This document shows, piece by piece, positions 54,859 to 63,853 of a stretch of 64,000 bases of DNA (positions are counted from its first letter, which is position 1; each line of letters begins with the position of its first letter). Where the stretch lies: the NCBI GenBank assembly GCA_035549175.1, contig DASZRL010000014.1:1122-65121 (forward strand), read 5' to 3'. Below the pieces are notes generated by a model, which saw only the letters and a list, made by a program, of their open reading frames with translations, did not search any database and had not been told where the DNA came from. This stretch comes from Chitinophagaceae bacterium (lineage in GTDB: Bacteria; Bacteroidota; Bacteroidia; Chitinophagales; Chitinophagaceae). The position numbers and the translations under genes were made by a program.

Positions 54859-55578
54859 TCAGGACTTCCGGGATACCTTGCTGGCCCCGGAGGTTTTGAT
54901 GTCGCGGATCAGGCCGTTGCCCTTATAATTCATGTCGCTGGCGCCGGACAGGCGGGCGCTCAGCTCCTTGTTTACCGTGATTTTCATCCCGCTGGCCCCA
55001 CTGGCGGATACGTCGCAGAAATCCGTTTCCAGATCATACCCCTTGAAATCACAGGCCCCGCTGAGATCGGCCTTCAGTTGGGAGGCGGTACCCGACACCG
55101 TCATGTCGGAGGCCCCGCTCAGTTGCACGTCCAGTTTGCCAATATCCAGTTTCCCTTTCAGGTCACTGGCGCCCGACAGGTCGATCTTAAGGTCATCGGA
55201 TTTGATGACGCCCACAAGGTTGACATCGCAGGCTCCGCTGGCGGTAAGCTTGTCCAGGCTCCGGAAGGAAATGTAGGCCCTGAGCTTCATTTTGCCGGAA
55301 TTCCAGCCTTTCCAGAATTTTTTGTCCCCGTCCAGCCAGATACTCAGCACCCCGCCTTCCACTTCCACATGGATACGGCTCCGGACATCCGGGTCAGCGG
55401 CACTGACCGCCACCACCTCATCATTCCCCTGGGTGAGGTAGACATCGAATGCATTGGATATCCGGATGGCATGGAAATTTTTGGCTTCGCGCACCTCCGC
55501 ATTGGGATCATTGACCTCCTGAGCCGCCAGGGTTCCCAGCATCAGCCAGGCCCCGATTGCCATGATTAACTTTTTCAT
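54859..55578 (-). CDS. DUF2807 / head-GIN-domain secreted protein, paralog 1
   Basis: 239 aa with a signal peptide. Periodic SGASD/SGACD beta-helix rungs (LSGASDLKGKL, LSGASDMTVSG, LSGACDFKG, ASGASGMKI, LSGASDMNYKG). Confidence 0.8.
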   Translation of the reverse strand: MKKLIMAIGAWLMLGTLAAQEVNDPNAEVREAKNFHAIRISNAFDVYLTQGNDEVVAVSAADPDVRSRIHVEVEGGVLSIWLDGDKKFWKGWNSGKMKLRAYISFRSLDKLTASGACDVNLVGVIKSDDLKIDLSGASDLKGKLDIGKLDVQLSGASDMTVSGTASQLKADLSGACDFKGYDLETDFCDVSASGASGMKITVNKELSARLSGASDMNYKGNGLIRDIKTSGASKVSRKS

Positions 55579-55610
55579 TGCTACCAGTTTGACAGTTTGA
55601 AGATAGGTTT

Positions 55611-56327
55611 TTACCTGCTTACATGCCGGACGGAGGAAGACCCGCCGGACCGGATCTCCCGGATCAGGCCGCTTCCCTTATACTGGACATCGCTGCCGCC
55701 GCTGGCATGCACGGCGAGTTCCTTGTTTACGGTAATATAGACATCACTGCCCCCCGTAGCCTCCAGGCTACCCTGGTCGGTCACCAGGCCATACCCGTGA
55801 AAATCACTTCCGCCGCTGACCTCCAGGGTAAGTTTGCCGGCCGCACCGGAAATCCGTACATCGGATCCGCCGGTGGCCCGGATATGCAGCACGTCCGCCC
55901 GCAGCTGCCCGTCGAAGTCAGACCCCCCGGATAGTCCCAGTTCCATAACCGCCAGGTCCATTGAACCTTTCACGTAGACGTCGGAACCGCCGGAAGCCCG
56001 CAGCTGGTCCAGGTTCCTGGCAGACACATAGGCCTTCCTACGCAGGTTGTGAAAATCCAGGTGCAGCCCGGCTGCATACTCATACCAGATGTGCAGCACG
56101 CCGTCGCGCACTTCAGTCCGGATGCGGTCCCGCACGCGGCTATCCGCGGCGCTGACGGCGACGGCCGGGTCGCCCTGGCTGACATACAGGTCGATGCCTC
56201 CGCTGACCTCAATGCCGTGAAAGGCGGCTACGTCCCGTTTTAGGGCCTGGGCATCCCGTACGATGTCCTGGGCCTTGGCGCCCAGGACCAGTGCAGCCAG
56301 CGTTACCAGCAAAAAAAATGACTTCAT
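55611..56327 (-). CDS. DUF2807 / head-GIN-domain secreted protein, paralog 2
   Basis: 238 aa with the same architecture and SGGSD rungs (ASGGSDVYVKG, LSGGSDFDG, ATGGSDVRISG, VSGGSDFHG, ASGGSDVQYKG). Confidence 0.8.
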   Translation of the reverse strand: MKSFFLLVTLAALVLGAKAQDIVRDAQALKRDVAAFHGIEVSGGIDLYVSQGDPAVAVSAADSRVRDRIRTEVRDGVLHIWYEYAAGLHLDFHNLRRKAYVSARNLDQLRASGGSDVYVKGSMDLAVMELGLSGGSDFDGQLRADVLHIRATGGSDVRISGAAGKLTLEVSGGSDFHGYGLVTDQGSLEATGGSDVYITVNKELAVHASGGSDVQYKGSGLIREIRSGGSSSVRHVSR

Positions 56328-56368
56328 AGATGCTTTGTTTTTCGGGTGGGAAATGGGGGCTACCCGGT

Positions 56369-57085
56369 TCAGATGCGGCTGACGTGGCCGCCGGTGCTCG
56401 TCTTGACCTCGCTGAGCCCGCCTTCGCCCTTGTATTTGATATACCCCCCGGTACTGGCGCGGGCGTTCAGTTGCTTATCAACCCGGATGAACAGGGCGGC
56501 GCCGGTGCTGACTTCCGCCTCGCAGGTATTGACCTGCAGGTCTTCCCCGAAAAATTTACTCCCGGTGCTGCCCTCCAGGCTCATGGAGGCCACCTGGCCG
56601 CTCAGGGTCATTTTGGAACCGGTGCTCTGGTCCACGCGCAGGCGGTCCAGGTTAAACTCCCCGGTGACATGCGCGCCGGTGTTGGCCTCCATTTCCAGGG
56701 ACGGCACGTTCAGCTTCCCCTCGATGGTGATGTCGGCTCCCGTATTGGCATGGAGCAGGTCCAGGGTCCTGCAGGAGACATAGGCGCGCAGCGCCTTATC
56801 CTCGTGGATCCGGTTGATCGCGCCGGTCCGGGTCTTGTAGCGTATTTTCAACACCCCGTTTTCCACTACCGTTTCGATCCGGTCCCGGTATTCGGGCCGG
56901 GAGGCGCTGACAGCCACTTCTTCGGTATTTCCCTGGGTAAGCAGCAAGTGAATGCCGGTACTCACTTCAATGCCGTGGAAACCGGATACCGTTCTTTTTT
57001 CTGCTTCCGGGTCATTGATGGTTTTTTGGGCACCGGCTGCCAAAAAGCCGGTCACCAGCCACAGGGAAAGTACAAGGCGGTTCAT
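56369..57085 (-). CDS. DUF2807 / head-GIN-domain secreted protein, paralog 3
   Basis: 238 aa with the same architecture and (S/N)TG(A/S) rungs (ANTGADITIEG, ANTGAHVTG, QSTGSKMTLSG, GSTGSKFFG, VSTGAALFI, ASTGGYIKYKG). Confidence 0.8.
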   Translation of the reverse strand: MNRLVLSLWLVTGFLAAGAQKTINDPEAEKRTVSGFHGIEVSTGIHLLLTQGNTEEVAVSASRPEYRDRIETVVENGVLKIRYKTRTGAINRIHEDKALRAYVSCRTLDLLHANTGADITIEGKLNVPSLEMEANTGAHVTGEFNLDRLRVDQSTGSKMTLSGQVASMSLEGSTGSKFFGEDLQVNTCEAEVSTGAALFIRVDKQLNARASTGGYIKYKGEGGLSEVKTSTGGHVSRI

Positions 57086-57158
57086 ATGCGTCGGGTTTTA
57101 GGGTGATACGATCCGCCTGACGGAAAGGTTACAGGCATGCTAAAAATAAAATCTTCCT

Positions 57159-57166
57159 TACCTTTG
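57159..57166 (+). promoter_or_regulatory. Candidate -7 box (TACCTTTG) for the riboswitch-TonB receptor transcript
   Basis: TACCTTTG matches TAnnTTTG. It is followed by a 10-bp GC hairpin (57171-57195) and then the THI-box. Confidence 0.35.
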
Positions 57167-57194
57167 GCGCCCGGCAGGGCCTCTGGGCCTGCCG

Positions 57195-57290
57195 GAAGTG
57201 TTCCCGGGGTGTTCCGGACAGGCGTCCGGATCTGAGATTATACCCGTTGAACCTGATCAGGGTAATGCCTGCGCAGGAAGGTGACCAGCC
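57195..57290 (+). promoter_or_regulatory. TPP (THI-box) riboswitch aptamer
   Basis: GGGGTGTTCCGGACAGGCGTCCGGATCTGAGATTATACCCGTTGAACCTGATCAGGGTAATGCCTGCGCAGGAAGG contains the conserved GGGGUG, CUGAGA, ACCC, GAACCUGAUC..GG.UAAU.CC.GCG.AGG elements in the correct order. The P1 boundaries are approximate. Confidence 0.85.
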
Positions 57291-57349
57291 TTTTATGTCT
57301 CCCCTGTTTATTGCATTCCCTCTCATTTTTAACCATTTAAAACTGAAAA

Positions 57350-59524
57350 ATGAAGAGGATTCTGCTTTCCCTGGCCAGCTTCCCGCTGGCTGCCGCCGGC
57401 CTGCTGGCCCAAACGGATTCAACCCGCGCCAAAAAGGACAGCTTTCTTTTGCTGGGACCCGTGGAGGTCCGCGCCACCCGCGCCGGGGACAAGGCGCCGT
57501 TCACCAAGACCAATCTGAGCCGCGAACAGATCGAACGGCAGAACCTGGGCCAGGACCTGCCCTTTATCCTGGACCAGACCCCCTCGGTCATTGTCAATTC
57601 AGATGCCGGCAACGGGGTCGGCTACACCGGGATCCGCATCCGGGGCACGGACGCCACCCGCATCAATGTGACGCTCAACGGGATACCCTATAATGATGCC
57701 GAAAGCCAGGGAACCTATTTCGTGGACCTGCCCGATTTTGCCTCCTCAGTAGGCAGTATCCAGATCCAGCGGGGCGTGGGCACATCCTCCAACGGTGCCG
57801 GTGCCTTCGGGGCCACCATCAACCTCAGCACCAATGAATCCAGCGAAACCCCCTACGCCGAGCTCAGCAATTCCTACGGATCCTTCAACACCTGGAAAAA
57901 TACGGTGAAGGCGGGTTCCGGCCTGGTGGACGGTCATTTTACCACAGACGTCCGGCTGTCCCGGATCAGCAGCGACGGCTACATCGACCGTGCCAGCAGC
58001 GACCTTAAATCCTTTTATTTTTCCACGGCCTACTTCAACAAAAAATCCTCGGTCCGGCTCAATATCATTTCAGGTAAGGAAAAAACCTACCAGGCCTGGG
58101 ACGGCGTATCCGAGGAAAACCTGAAGGCCGGCAGGCGCACCTACAACGAACTGGGTACGGAAAAACCGGGCAGCCCCTATGCTAACCAGACGGACAACTA
58201 CTGGCAGGATCATTACCAGCTCTTCTTCAACCACCAGGTCAGCGATCGCCTCCTGTTTACCAACGCGGTGTTTCTGACCCGGGGAAAAGGATATTACGAG
58301 GAATACAAGGCCGCCCAGGCTTATGCCGATTACGGGCTGCCCAGCCCCGTGTACGGGCAGGATACCGTGCAGACCACGGACCTGGTCCGCCGCCGCTGGC
58401 TGGACAATTACTTCTACGGGGATATCTTTTCCCTGCAGTACAAGGCCGGAATATCCCAGTATACCCTGGGCGGTGGCTGGACCCGGTATGACGGCACCCA
58501 TTTCGGGGACGTGATCTGGGCGGCCGGCGGCATGCCGGAGCCGTCCTATCGCTACTATGATATGGGGGCCTTCAAGACCGACTTCAACCTGTACTTCAAG
58601 GAGCAGAGGCAGTTCGCCCGCTACTGGAACTATTTTTATGACCTGCAGGTCCGGCGTGTGGTGTACCACCTGGATGGCTTTGAAGACAACCCCGGCCTGA
58701 TCGTACACAAGGACTACAGCTTCTTCAATCCCAAGGTAGGCCTTACCTATTCCCGCGGGGAATGGCAATCCTACCTATCCTTCAGCGTGGCCGGCAAGGA
58801 ACCCAACCGCGACGATTACGAAGCCGGTATTACCCAGCAGCCCCGGCCGGAGCGCCTGTATGACTGGGAACTGGGAACCCAGCGCCACAGGGGCCACGCC
58901 AGCTACGGGATCACCCTGTATTACATGCATTACCGCGACCAGCTGGTCCTGACCGGCCGGATCAATGATGTCGGTTCCTATACCCGTACCAATATTCCAC
59001 GCAGTTACCGGATGGGCCTGGAGCTGCAGGGAAGCCTGAAGCTCAGCGACTGGATGCAGGCGGATGCCAACCTCAGCCTGAGCCGCAACAAGGTGCTGCA
59101 GTTCACCGAATACGTGGACGATTATGATAACGGGGGGCAAAAGTCCTTTCATTACCGTTCCACGGATATCGCGCTTTCCCCGGGTATCCTGGGCGGAGCG
59201 ACCCTTCGCTTTTGGGTCTGTCCCCGGCTGGAGCTGGATGCCATCAGCAAATACGTGAGCGAACAGTATCTGGACAATACCCAGCGGGCCAACCGCCGGC
59301 TGGCTCCCTATTACACGCAGGATCTGAAAGGGCAGTATACCCTGAACAGGGGCTGGCTGAAGCATGCGGCGGTGATCGCCCGGGTCAATAATCTGTTCAA
59401 CCGAAAATATGAGCCGAGCGGGTATACCTACAGTTATATTTATGGCGGCAGCCTCACCACAGAGAATTATTATTACCCGATGGCCGGTACCAATTTCATG
59501 ACGGGGATCACGATCCGTCTTTAA
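57350..59524 (+). CDS. TonB-dependent outer-membrane receptor (thiamine/thiamine-precursor uptake inferred from the riboswitch)
   Basis: 724 aa with a signal peptide, a plug domain (GIRIRGTDATRINVTLNGIPYNDAESQG), a 22-strand-type barrel and a C-terminal aromatic end ...GITIRL. Confidence 0.9.
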   Translation: MKRILLSLASFPLAAAGLLAQTDSTRAKKDSFLLLGPVEVRATRAGDKAPFTKTNLSREQIERQNLGQDLPFILDQTPSVIVNSDAGNGVGYTGIRIRGTDATRINVTLNGIPYNDAESQGTYFVDLPDFASSVGSIQIQRGVGTSSNGAGAFGATINLSTNESSETPYAELSNSYGSFNTWKNTVKAGSGLVDGHFTTDVRLSRISSDGYIDRASSDLKSFYFSTAYFNKKSSVRLNIISGKEKTYQAWDGVSEENLKAGRRTYNELGTEKPGSPYANQTDNYWQDHYQLFFNHQVSDRLLFTNAVFLTRGKGYYEEYKAAQAYADYGLPSPVYGQDTVQTTDLVRRRWLDNYFYGDIFSLQYKAGISQYTLGGGWTRYDGTHFGDVIWAAGGMPEPSYRYYDMGAFKTDFNLYFKEQRQFARYWNYFYDLQVRRVVYHLDGFEDNPGLIVHKDYSFFNPKVGLTYSRGEWQSYLSFSVAGKEPNRDDYEAGITQQPRPERLYDWELGTQRHRGHASYGITLYYMHYRDQLVLTGRINDVGSYTRTNIPRSYRMGLELQGSLKLSDWMQADANLSLSRNKVLQFTEYVDDYDNGGQKSFHYRSTDIALSPGILGGATLRFWVCPRLELDAISKYVSEQYLDNTQRANRRLAPYYTQDLKGQYTLNRGWLKHAAVIARVNNLFNRKYEPSGYTYSYIYGGSLTTENYYYPMAGTNFMTGITIRL

Positions 59525-59564
59525 GCATCCGGTCATCCGGGAGCGCGCCAACGACCGGAATGCT

Positions 59565-59873
59565 TTACCGCCCGAATCGCTGCTCCCAGGCCAGCATGCC
59601 GCCGGTCAGGTTTTTGACGTGCCGGAATCCCAGCATGTCCAGGATCTGGCAGGCCTGGCCGCTGCGGTTTCCGCTGCGGCAGTAGACGATCACTTCCTGG
59701 TCCTTCAGGTCATCGAGTTCGTCAGTCATCATCGCCTGGATCTGGCCAAGCGGGTGCAGGACCCCGCCGATGTTGAAATCGGCATGCTCATGCGGCTCGC
59801 GCACGTCCACCAGGTTCAGTTTCTCACCGCGATCCATGCGGGCCTTGAGTTCCTCTACCGTGATATTTTCCAT
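59565..59873 (-). CDS. Rhodanese-like single-domain sulfurtransferase
   Basis: Start MENITVEELK at 59873. Active-site loop YCRSGNRS. 102 aa. Confidence 0.88.
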   Translation of the reverse strand: MENITVEELKARMDRGEKLNLVDVREPHEHADFNIGGVLHPLGQIQAMMTDELDDLKDQEVIVYCRSGNRSGQACQILDMLGFRHVKNLTGGMLAWEQRFGR

Positions 59874-59880
59874 AATTACC

Positions 59881-60699
59881 TTATTGTTGTTGGGGAATGA
59901 CGGCGGGTGCCAGGGTATCGGAAAGGACGGGCTTCTGCACACTCAGCCAGACGTCCATCATCTGACCCGGGCGGATATGCTGCAGCCGGTTGCCGGCATC
60001 CAGCCGGGTGGGACGCTGGGCCTTGATGTAGGCTGTCAGGGTATCGGTCACATCCGGGTCGGGGATGACCGAGCCCATACTCAGGCCATTGGATTCCAGC
60101 AGCGTCCGGGCCTGACCAAAGGGCAGTCCGACCAGATTGGGTACTACAAATTCGGTATTGCCGATGCCCGTACCCAGGACCAGGGTGATAGGGGAACCCT
60201 GCTGGATCTTGGTGCCGGGGGCAATCCGCGCGTCGTGGTACCGTTGCTCCAGCACGGCATTCTTCGCAAAGTCCGGCCGGTAGACCGTATCCCCGATGCG
60301 CAGCCCCATGTTCTTGAGCACCATGTCGGCATTGCGGAAGCTGTATCCTACCAGGTTGGGCATCTCCACGACCGGCGGCACCGCACGGTTGATGGTCAGG
60401 TACACGGTCCGGTTGACCTTCACCACCGCATCGGCATCAGGAACCTGCCGGATAACGGCAAGCCGGGGGATGGTATCAATATAAATGGAGTCCTGGATGA
60501 CGACATCAAAACCCTGTTTTTCCAGCAGGCGGCTAGCCTCATCAAGGCTCCTGCCGGCAACGAGGGGCACCACGCTGGCCTTGCCGTGGTGCGTGATCCA
60601 GTTCAGGGAAAGGACGAACAGGAGCAGCAGGACCAGGCCGGCTACGACGGCGGCCAGGATGTTGAAGAACAGGGAACGTCTGGTAATGAAGCTAAACAT
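59881..60699 (-). CDS. Membrane-anchored stand-alone PASTA-domain protein (3 PASTA repeats)
   Basis: 272 aa with an N-terminal TM segment (FFNILAAVVAGLVLLLLFVL). Repeats begin VPLVAGRSLDEASRLLEKQGF, MPNLVGYSFRNADMVLKNMGL and VPNLVGLPFGQARTLLESNGL. No kinase or PBP domain. Confidence 0.85.
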   Translation of the reverse strand: MFSFITRRSLFFNILAAVVAGLVLLLLFVLSLNWITHHGKASVVPLVAGRSLDEASRLLEKQGFDVVIQDSIYIDTIPRLAVIRQVPDADAVVKVNRTVYLTINRAVPPVVEMPNLVGYSFRNADMVLKNMGLRIGDTVYRPDFAKNAVLEQRYHDARIAPGTKIQQGSPITLVLGTGIGNTEFVVPNLVGLPFGQARTLLESNGLSMGSVIPDPDVTDTLTAYIKAQRPTRLDAGNRLQHIRPGQMMDVWLSVQKPVLSDTLAPAVIPQQQ

Positions 60700-60752
60700 A
60701 CGGCTAAGATATTAGGTACCGGGATTATGGACAACTGCCCCGGCCGGGCAGG

Positions 60753-61733
60753 TCAGAAACACGCCTGAACCAGCATGGTATAAAAATCACGCAGGTTCCA
60801 GCCCATGGCCCGAACCTGCTGGGGAACGATACTGGCTTCGCTCTGCCCGGGAATGGTGTTGACTTCCAGCATAAAGGGCGCATCCTCCGCCTCGTGGTAT
60901 ATGAAATCGATCCGCACCACACCCCGGCAGTTGAACAGGCCGTAAATCTTGCGGGCTGCGTCCCGGATCTTTTCCGCCTTGGCGTCATCAAGCCGGGCCG
61001 GGGTCACTTCCGTGGAGGCTCCCTGGTACTTGGCTTCGTAATCAAAGAAGGCCTTCTTGCTGATCACTTCGGTAATCGGCAGCACGGTGATCTCCCCGCC
61101 GTTCCTGAACACGCCCACCGTAAATTCCCTTCCCTGGATGAATTCCTCCACGAGCACCTGCCTGTCTTCGCGGAACGCGCGCTCCAGGGCCGCATCCAGT
61201 GCCCCGGTTGGGGCATCCACCCGGGACATGCCTATGCTGGAGCCCCCATTATTGGGCTTGACAAATACGGGGAAGCGCAGCTGGCTTTTCACCGTGTCGG
61301 CGGATTCCGGACCTCCCCGGAACAGCAATACGGATTTTGCTACCCGGATCCCCGAGAAGGCGGCCACGGCTACGGTATAGCGCTTGTTAAATGTAATGGC
61401 GGACGTGGCGGCATCGCAGGATGTATAGGGAATGCCCAGGGTGTCAAAATATCCCTGCAGTTTGCCATCTTCCCCGGGGGTACCATGCATGCCGATGAAC
61501 ACCGCGTCAAACGTGATCCGTCCCTGCGGCAAAGCCAGGGAGAAATCGTTCTTATCCACCGCGATGCGGCTGCCATCGGGAAGCGGGTGAAACCAGCCCT
61601 CCGGGTTGATATCGATCAGGAATACATTAAACAGATTGGCATCAAGGTTATCCTGGATCGTGCGTGCACTCTTGTAGGAGATAACGGCTTCTCCGGAAAA
61701 TCCGCCGGTTACCAGGGCGATGTTTTTCTTCAT
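60753..61733 (-). CDS. ddl: D-alanine--D-alanine ligase
   Basis: 326 aa with an ATP-grasp fold: IALVTGGFSGE, HGTPGEDGKLQG and the C-terminal EVNTIPG motif. Confidence 0.95.
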   Translation of the reverse strand: MKKNIALVTGGFSGEAVISYKSARTIQDNLDANLFNVFLIDINPEGWFHPLPDGSRIAVDKNDFSLALPQGRITFDAVFIGMHGTPGEDGKLQGYFDTLGIPYTSCDAATSAITFNKRYTVAVAAFSGIRVAKSVLLFRGGPESADTVKSQLRFPVFVKPNNGGSSIGMSRVDAPTGALDAALERAFREDRQVLVEEFIQGREFTVGVFRNGGEITVLPITEVISKKAFFDYEAKYQGASTEVTPARLDDAKAEKIRDAARKIYGLFNCRGVVRIDFIYHEAEDAPFMLEVNTIPGQSEASIVPQQVRAMGWNLRDFYTMLVQACF

Positions 61734-61795
61734 GTATGGATTTTAGGCAAATATTGAGGAAATTCGGCGCCCCTTGAAATTTGGGCGGCTAAAAA

Positions 61796-62257
61796 TCATT
61801 TAATTTTCGCGCCCAGCCCGGGATTCCCGGAATCCAGGACAAAACGCCAGCTGCCGTCTTGCTGTCGCTTCCAGATGGAAACATAGGTCCCCTGGTAGGT
61901 CGTATCCCGCCCGGCAAAGGTGTAAATGCCGTAGGTATACCCCAGGTCACCGGAGGCGGCCATCTCGGCCATCGTGGGAACCCAGGTCAGGGTAAAGCCG
62001 CTGTCCGGCAGGCTGCGCAGGTAGGCAAAGGCATCCGCCCCGGCCAGCGGCGAATGATTGCTGCGCAGTAATACCGTGTTGGAATCAGCATATTTCAGGA
62101 AGGCCGCCTTCATGCCGTTGGTCTTGGAAAAACCGGAGAAATCCAGGTCCGTCTGCCGGATATCATTTACCTCCTTGGACATATCCATTACCTTACTCCC
62201 GCCACAGGAAGCCAGGAACAGCACTGAAAAAAACGGGAAGAGCCAGGTCTTTTTCAT
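61796..62257 (-). CDS. DUF4440 / SnoaL-like (NTF2 fold) lipoprotein
   Basis: 153 aa with lipobox FLASCGG and the C-terminal pattern YVSIWKRQQDGSWRFVLD typical of DUF4440. Confidence 0.7.
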   Translation of the reverse strand: MKKTWLFPFFSVLFLASCGGSKVMDMSKEVNDIRQTDLDFSGFSKTNGMKAAFLKYADSNTVLLRSNHSPLAGADAFAYLRSLPDSGFTLTWVPTMAEMAASGDLGYTYGIYTFAGRDTTYQGTYVSIWKRQQDGSWRFVLDSGNPGLGAKIK

Positions 62258-62280
62258 GGTCGAACCGGGTTGAAATCAAA

Positions 62281-62319
62281 AATAACAAAGGTGAAGGAGG
62301 TTTTTCCCTTCACCTTTTT
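62281..62319 (-). terminator. Intrinsic terminator after the ferredoxin gene
   Basis: 11-bp stem AAAGGTGAAGG (62287-62297) pairs with CCTTCACCTTT (62307-62317). On the minus strand it is followed by UUUGUUAUUUUU. Confidence 0.6.
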
Positions 62320-62449
62320 ACAACGGGACATATCACCCGTTACTAACTCGGCAGCAGGCAGGCTGCCTGGATTGATTGATACCTGTAAGGTAAATTTTTT
62401 TTGGCAATTACCGTTCCGGCCGGGATAAAATTTATCCACGCCCTGCTGT

Positions 62450-62800
62450 TCAGGCCAGGTGAAGGCGATCCTTCTTGGCCATCAGCTCCTCTACGGTTTC
62501 CTTATACATCTCGTCGGGAACGCAGCAGTCCACGGGGCAGACGGCCGCACACTGCGGTTCTTCGTGAAAGCCCTGGCATTCCGTGCATTTATTGGGCGTA
62601 ATGTAGTAAGTATCAACGCTCAGGGGAGAATTTTTGGCATCGGCGTCTACCACGGTTCCGTCCAGCAGGGTATAGGATCCCTTCACAGTCGTCCCATCCG
62701 AAATAGCCCATTCCACACCGCCTTCGTAGATCGCATTATTGGGGCACTCCGGTTCGCAGGCGCCGCAGTTGATGCATTCTTCGGTAATCTTGATTGCCAT
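62450..62800 (-). CDS. 4Fe-4S dicluster ferredoxin
   Basis: 116 aa with CINCGACEPECP and CTECQGFHEEPQCAAVCPVDCC. Confidence 0.92.
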   Translation of the reverse strand: MAIKITEECINCGACEPECPNNAIYEGGVEWAISDGTTVKGSYTLLDGTVVDADAKNSPLSVDTYYITPNKCTECQGFHEEPQCAAVCPVDCCVPDEMYKETVEELMAKKDRLHLA

Positions 62801-62854
62801 AATATTTTGTTAGTGGGTTGAGAATTACTTTTGCAACAAATTTATAGATGATTA

Positions 62855-63853
62855 ATGAATTTACCGCATCGGATTGAATTGTTGACCAGGCTGGGCGAAT
62901 ACCTCCTGGGCGAGGCACCTGCCTGGCTGGAGGCGAAGGAACGTGCCGGACAGGAAAACAGCTGGTTCACCCCCGAATTTACCGACCTGGCGGTACACCG
63001 CATCGCAACGGGCTTCCTTGCCGAGCAGATTCTCTGCGACTGGACCGGCCGCTACGAACTCCCGGGCGAGCAGGCGGCCCCCCGGACCGTGGGAATCGTC
63101 ATGGCCGGAAATATCCCCCTGGTGGGATTCCACGATTTCCTGTGCGGATTTATCAGCGGCCACCGGCTGGTCCTCAAACCCTCCTCCAGGGACCAGGTGC
63201 TGATCCGGCACCTCGTATCCACCCTGGCGGCCTGGGACCCGGAGGTGGCTAGGCTGGTCAGTTTCAGCGACCAGCTGCGCGGCTGTGATGCCTACATTGC
63301 CACGGGCAGCAGCAATACCTCCCGCTACTTCGATTATTACTTTGCCAAATACCCCCATATCATCCGGCGCAACCGCAGCTCGGTCGCGGTACTGGAAGGA
63401 TCCGAGAGCCAGGAGGACCTGGAGCGGCTGGCCGACGATGTCTACCAGTATTTTGGCCTGGGATGCCGCAACGTGAGCCAGCTGTATGTTCCCGAGGGGT
63501 ATGATTTTCTGCCCCTGCTGGAAGCCTTCCGCAAATACCAGTACCTGACAGAGCACCACAAATACAAGAACAACTACGACTATAACCTGGCCCTGCACCT
63601 GCTTAATAAGCGCTACTACATGACCAATGGTTCCATCCTGCTGGTGGAGAGTGCCGCCGTGTTCTCCCCCATCAGCCAGCTGAACTATGCCTTTTACGCG
63701 GAGGCGGGCAGCCTGCAGGAAGATTTACAGAACCTGGCGGACATCCAGTGCGTTATCGGAAAGGGCGGTTTGCCGTTCGGCAGCGCCCAATCGCCTTCCG
63801 TCGACGACTACGCCGACGGCGTGGATACCCTGGCCTTCCTGAAAAGCCTGTAA
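62855..63853 (+). CDS. LuxC-like acyl-CoA reductase family protein
   Basis: 332 aa. The family call is from memory of the conserved Bacteroidota ferredoxin/acyl-CoA reductase pair and from segments such as VGIVMAGNIPLVGFHDF and YFGLGCRNVS. Confidence 0.7.
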   Translation: MNLPHRIELLTRLGEYLLGEAPAWLEAKERAGQENSWFTPEFTDLAVHRIATGFLAEQILCDWTGRYELPGEQAAPRTVGIVMAGNIPLVGFHDFLCGFISGHRLVLKPSSRDQVLIRHLVSTLAAWDPEVARLVSFSDQLRGCDAYIATGSSNTSRYFDYYFAKYPHIIRRNRSSVAVLEGSESQEDLERLADDVYQYFGLGCRNVSQLYVPEGYDFLPLLEAFRKYQYLTEHHKYKNNYDYNLALHLLNKRYYMTNGSILLVESAAVFSPISQLNYAFYAEAGSLQEDLQNLADIQCVIGKGGLPFGSAQSPSVDDYADGVDTLAFLKSL

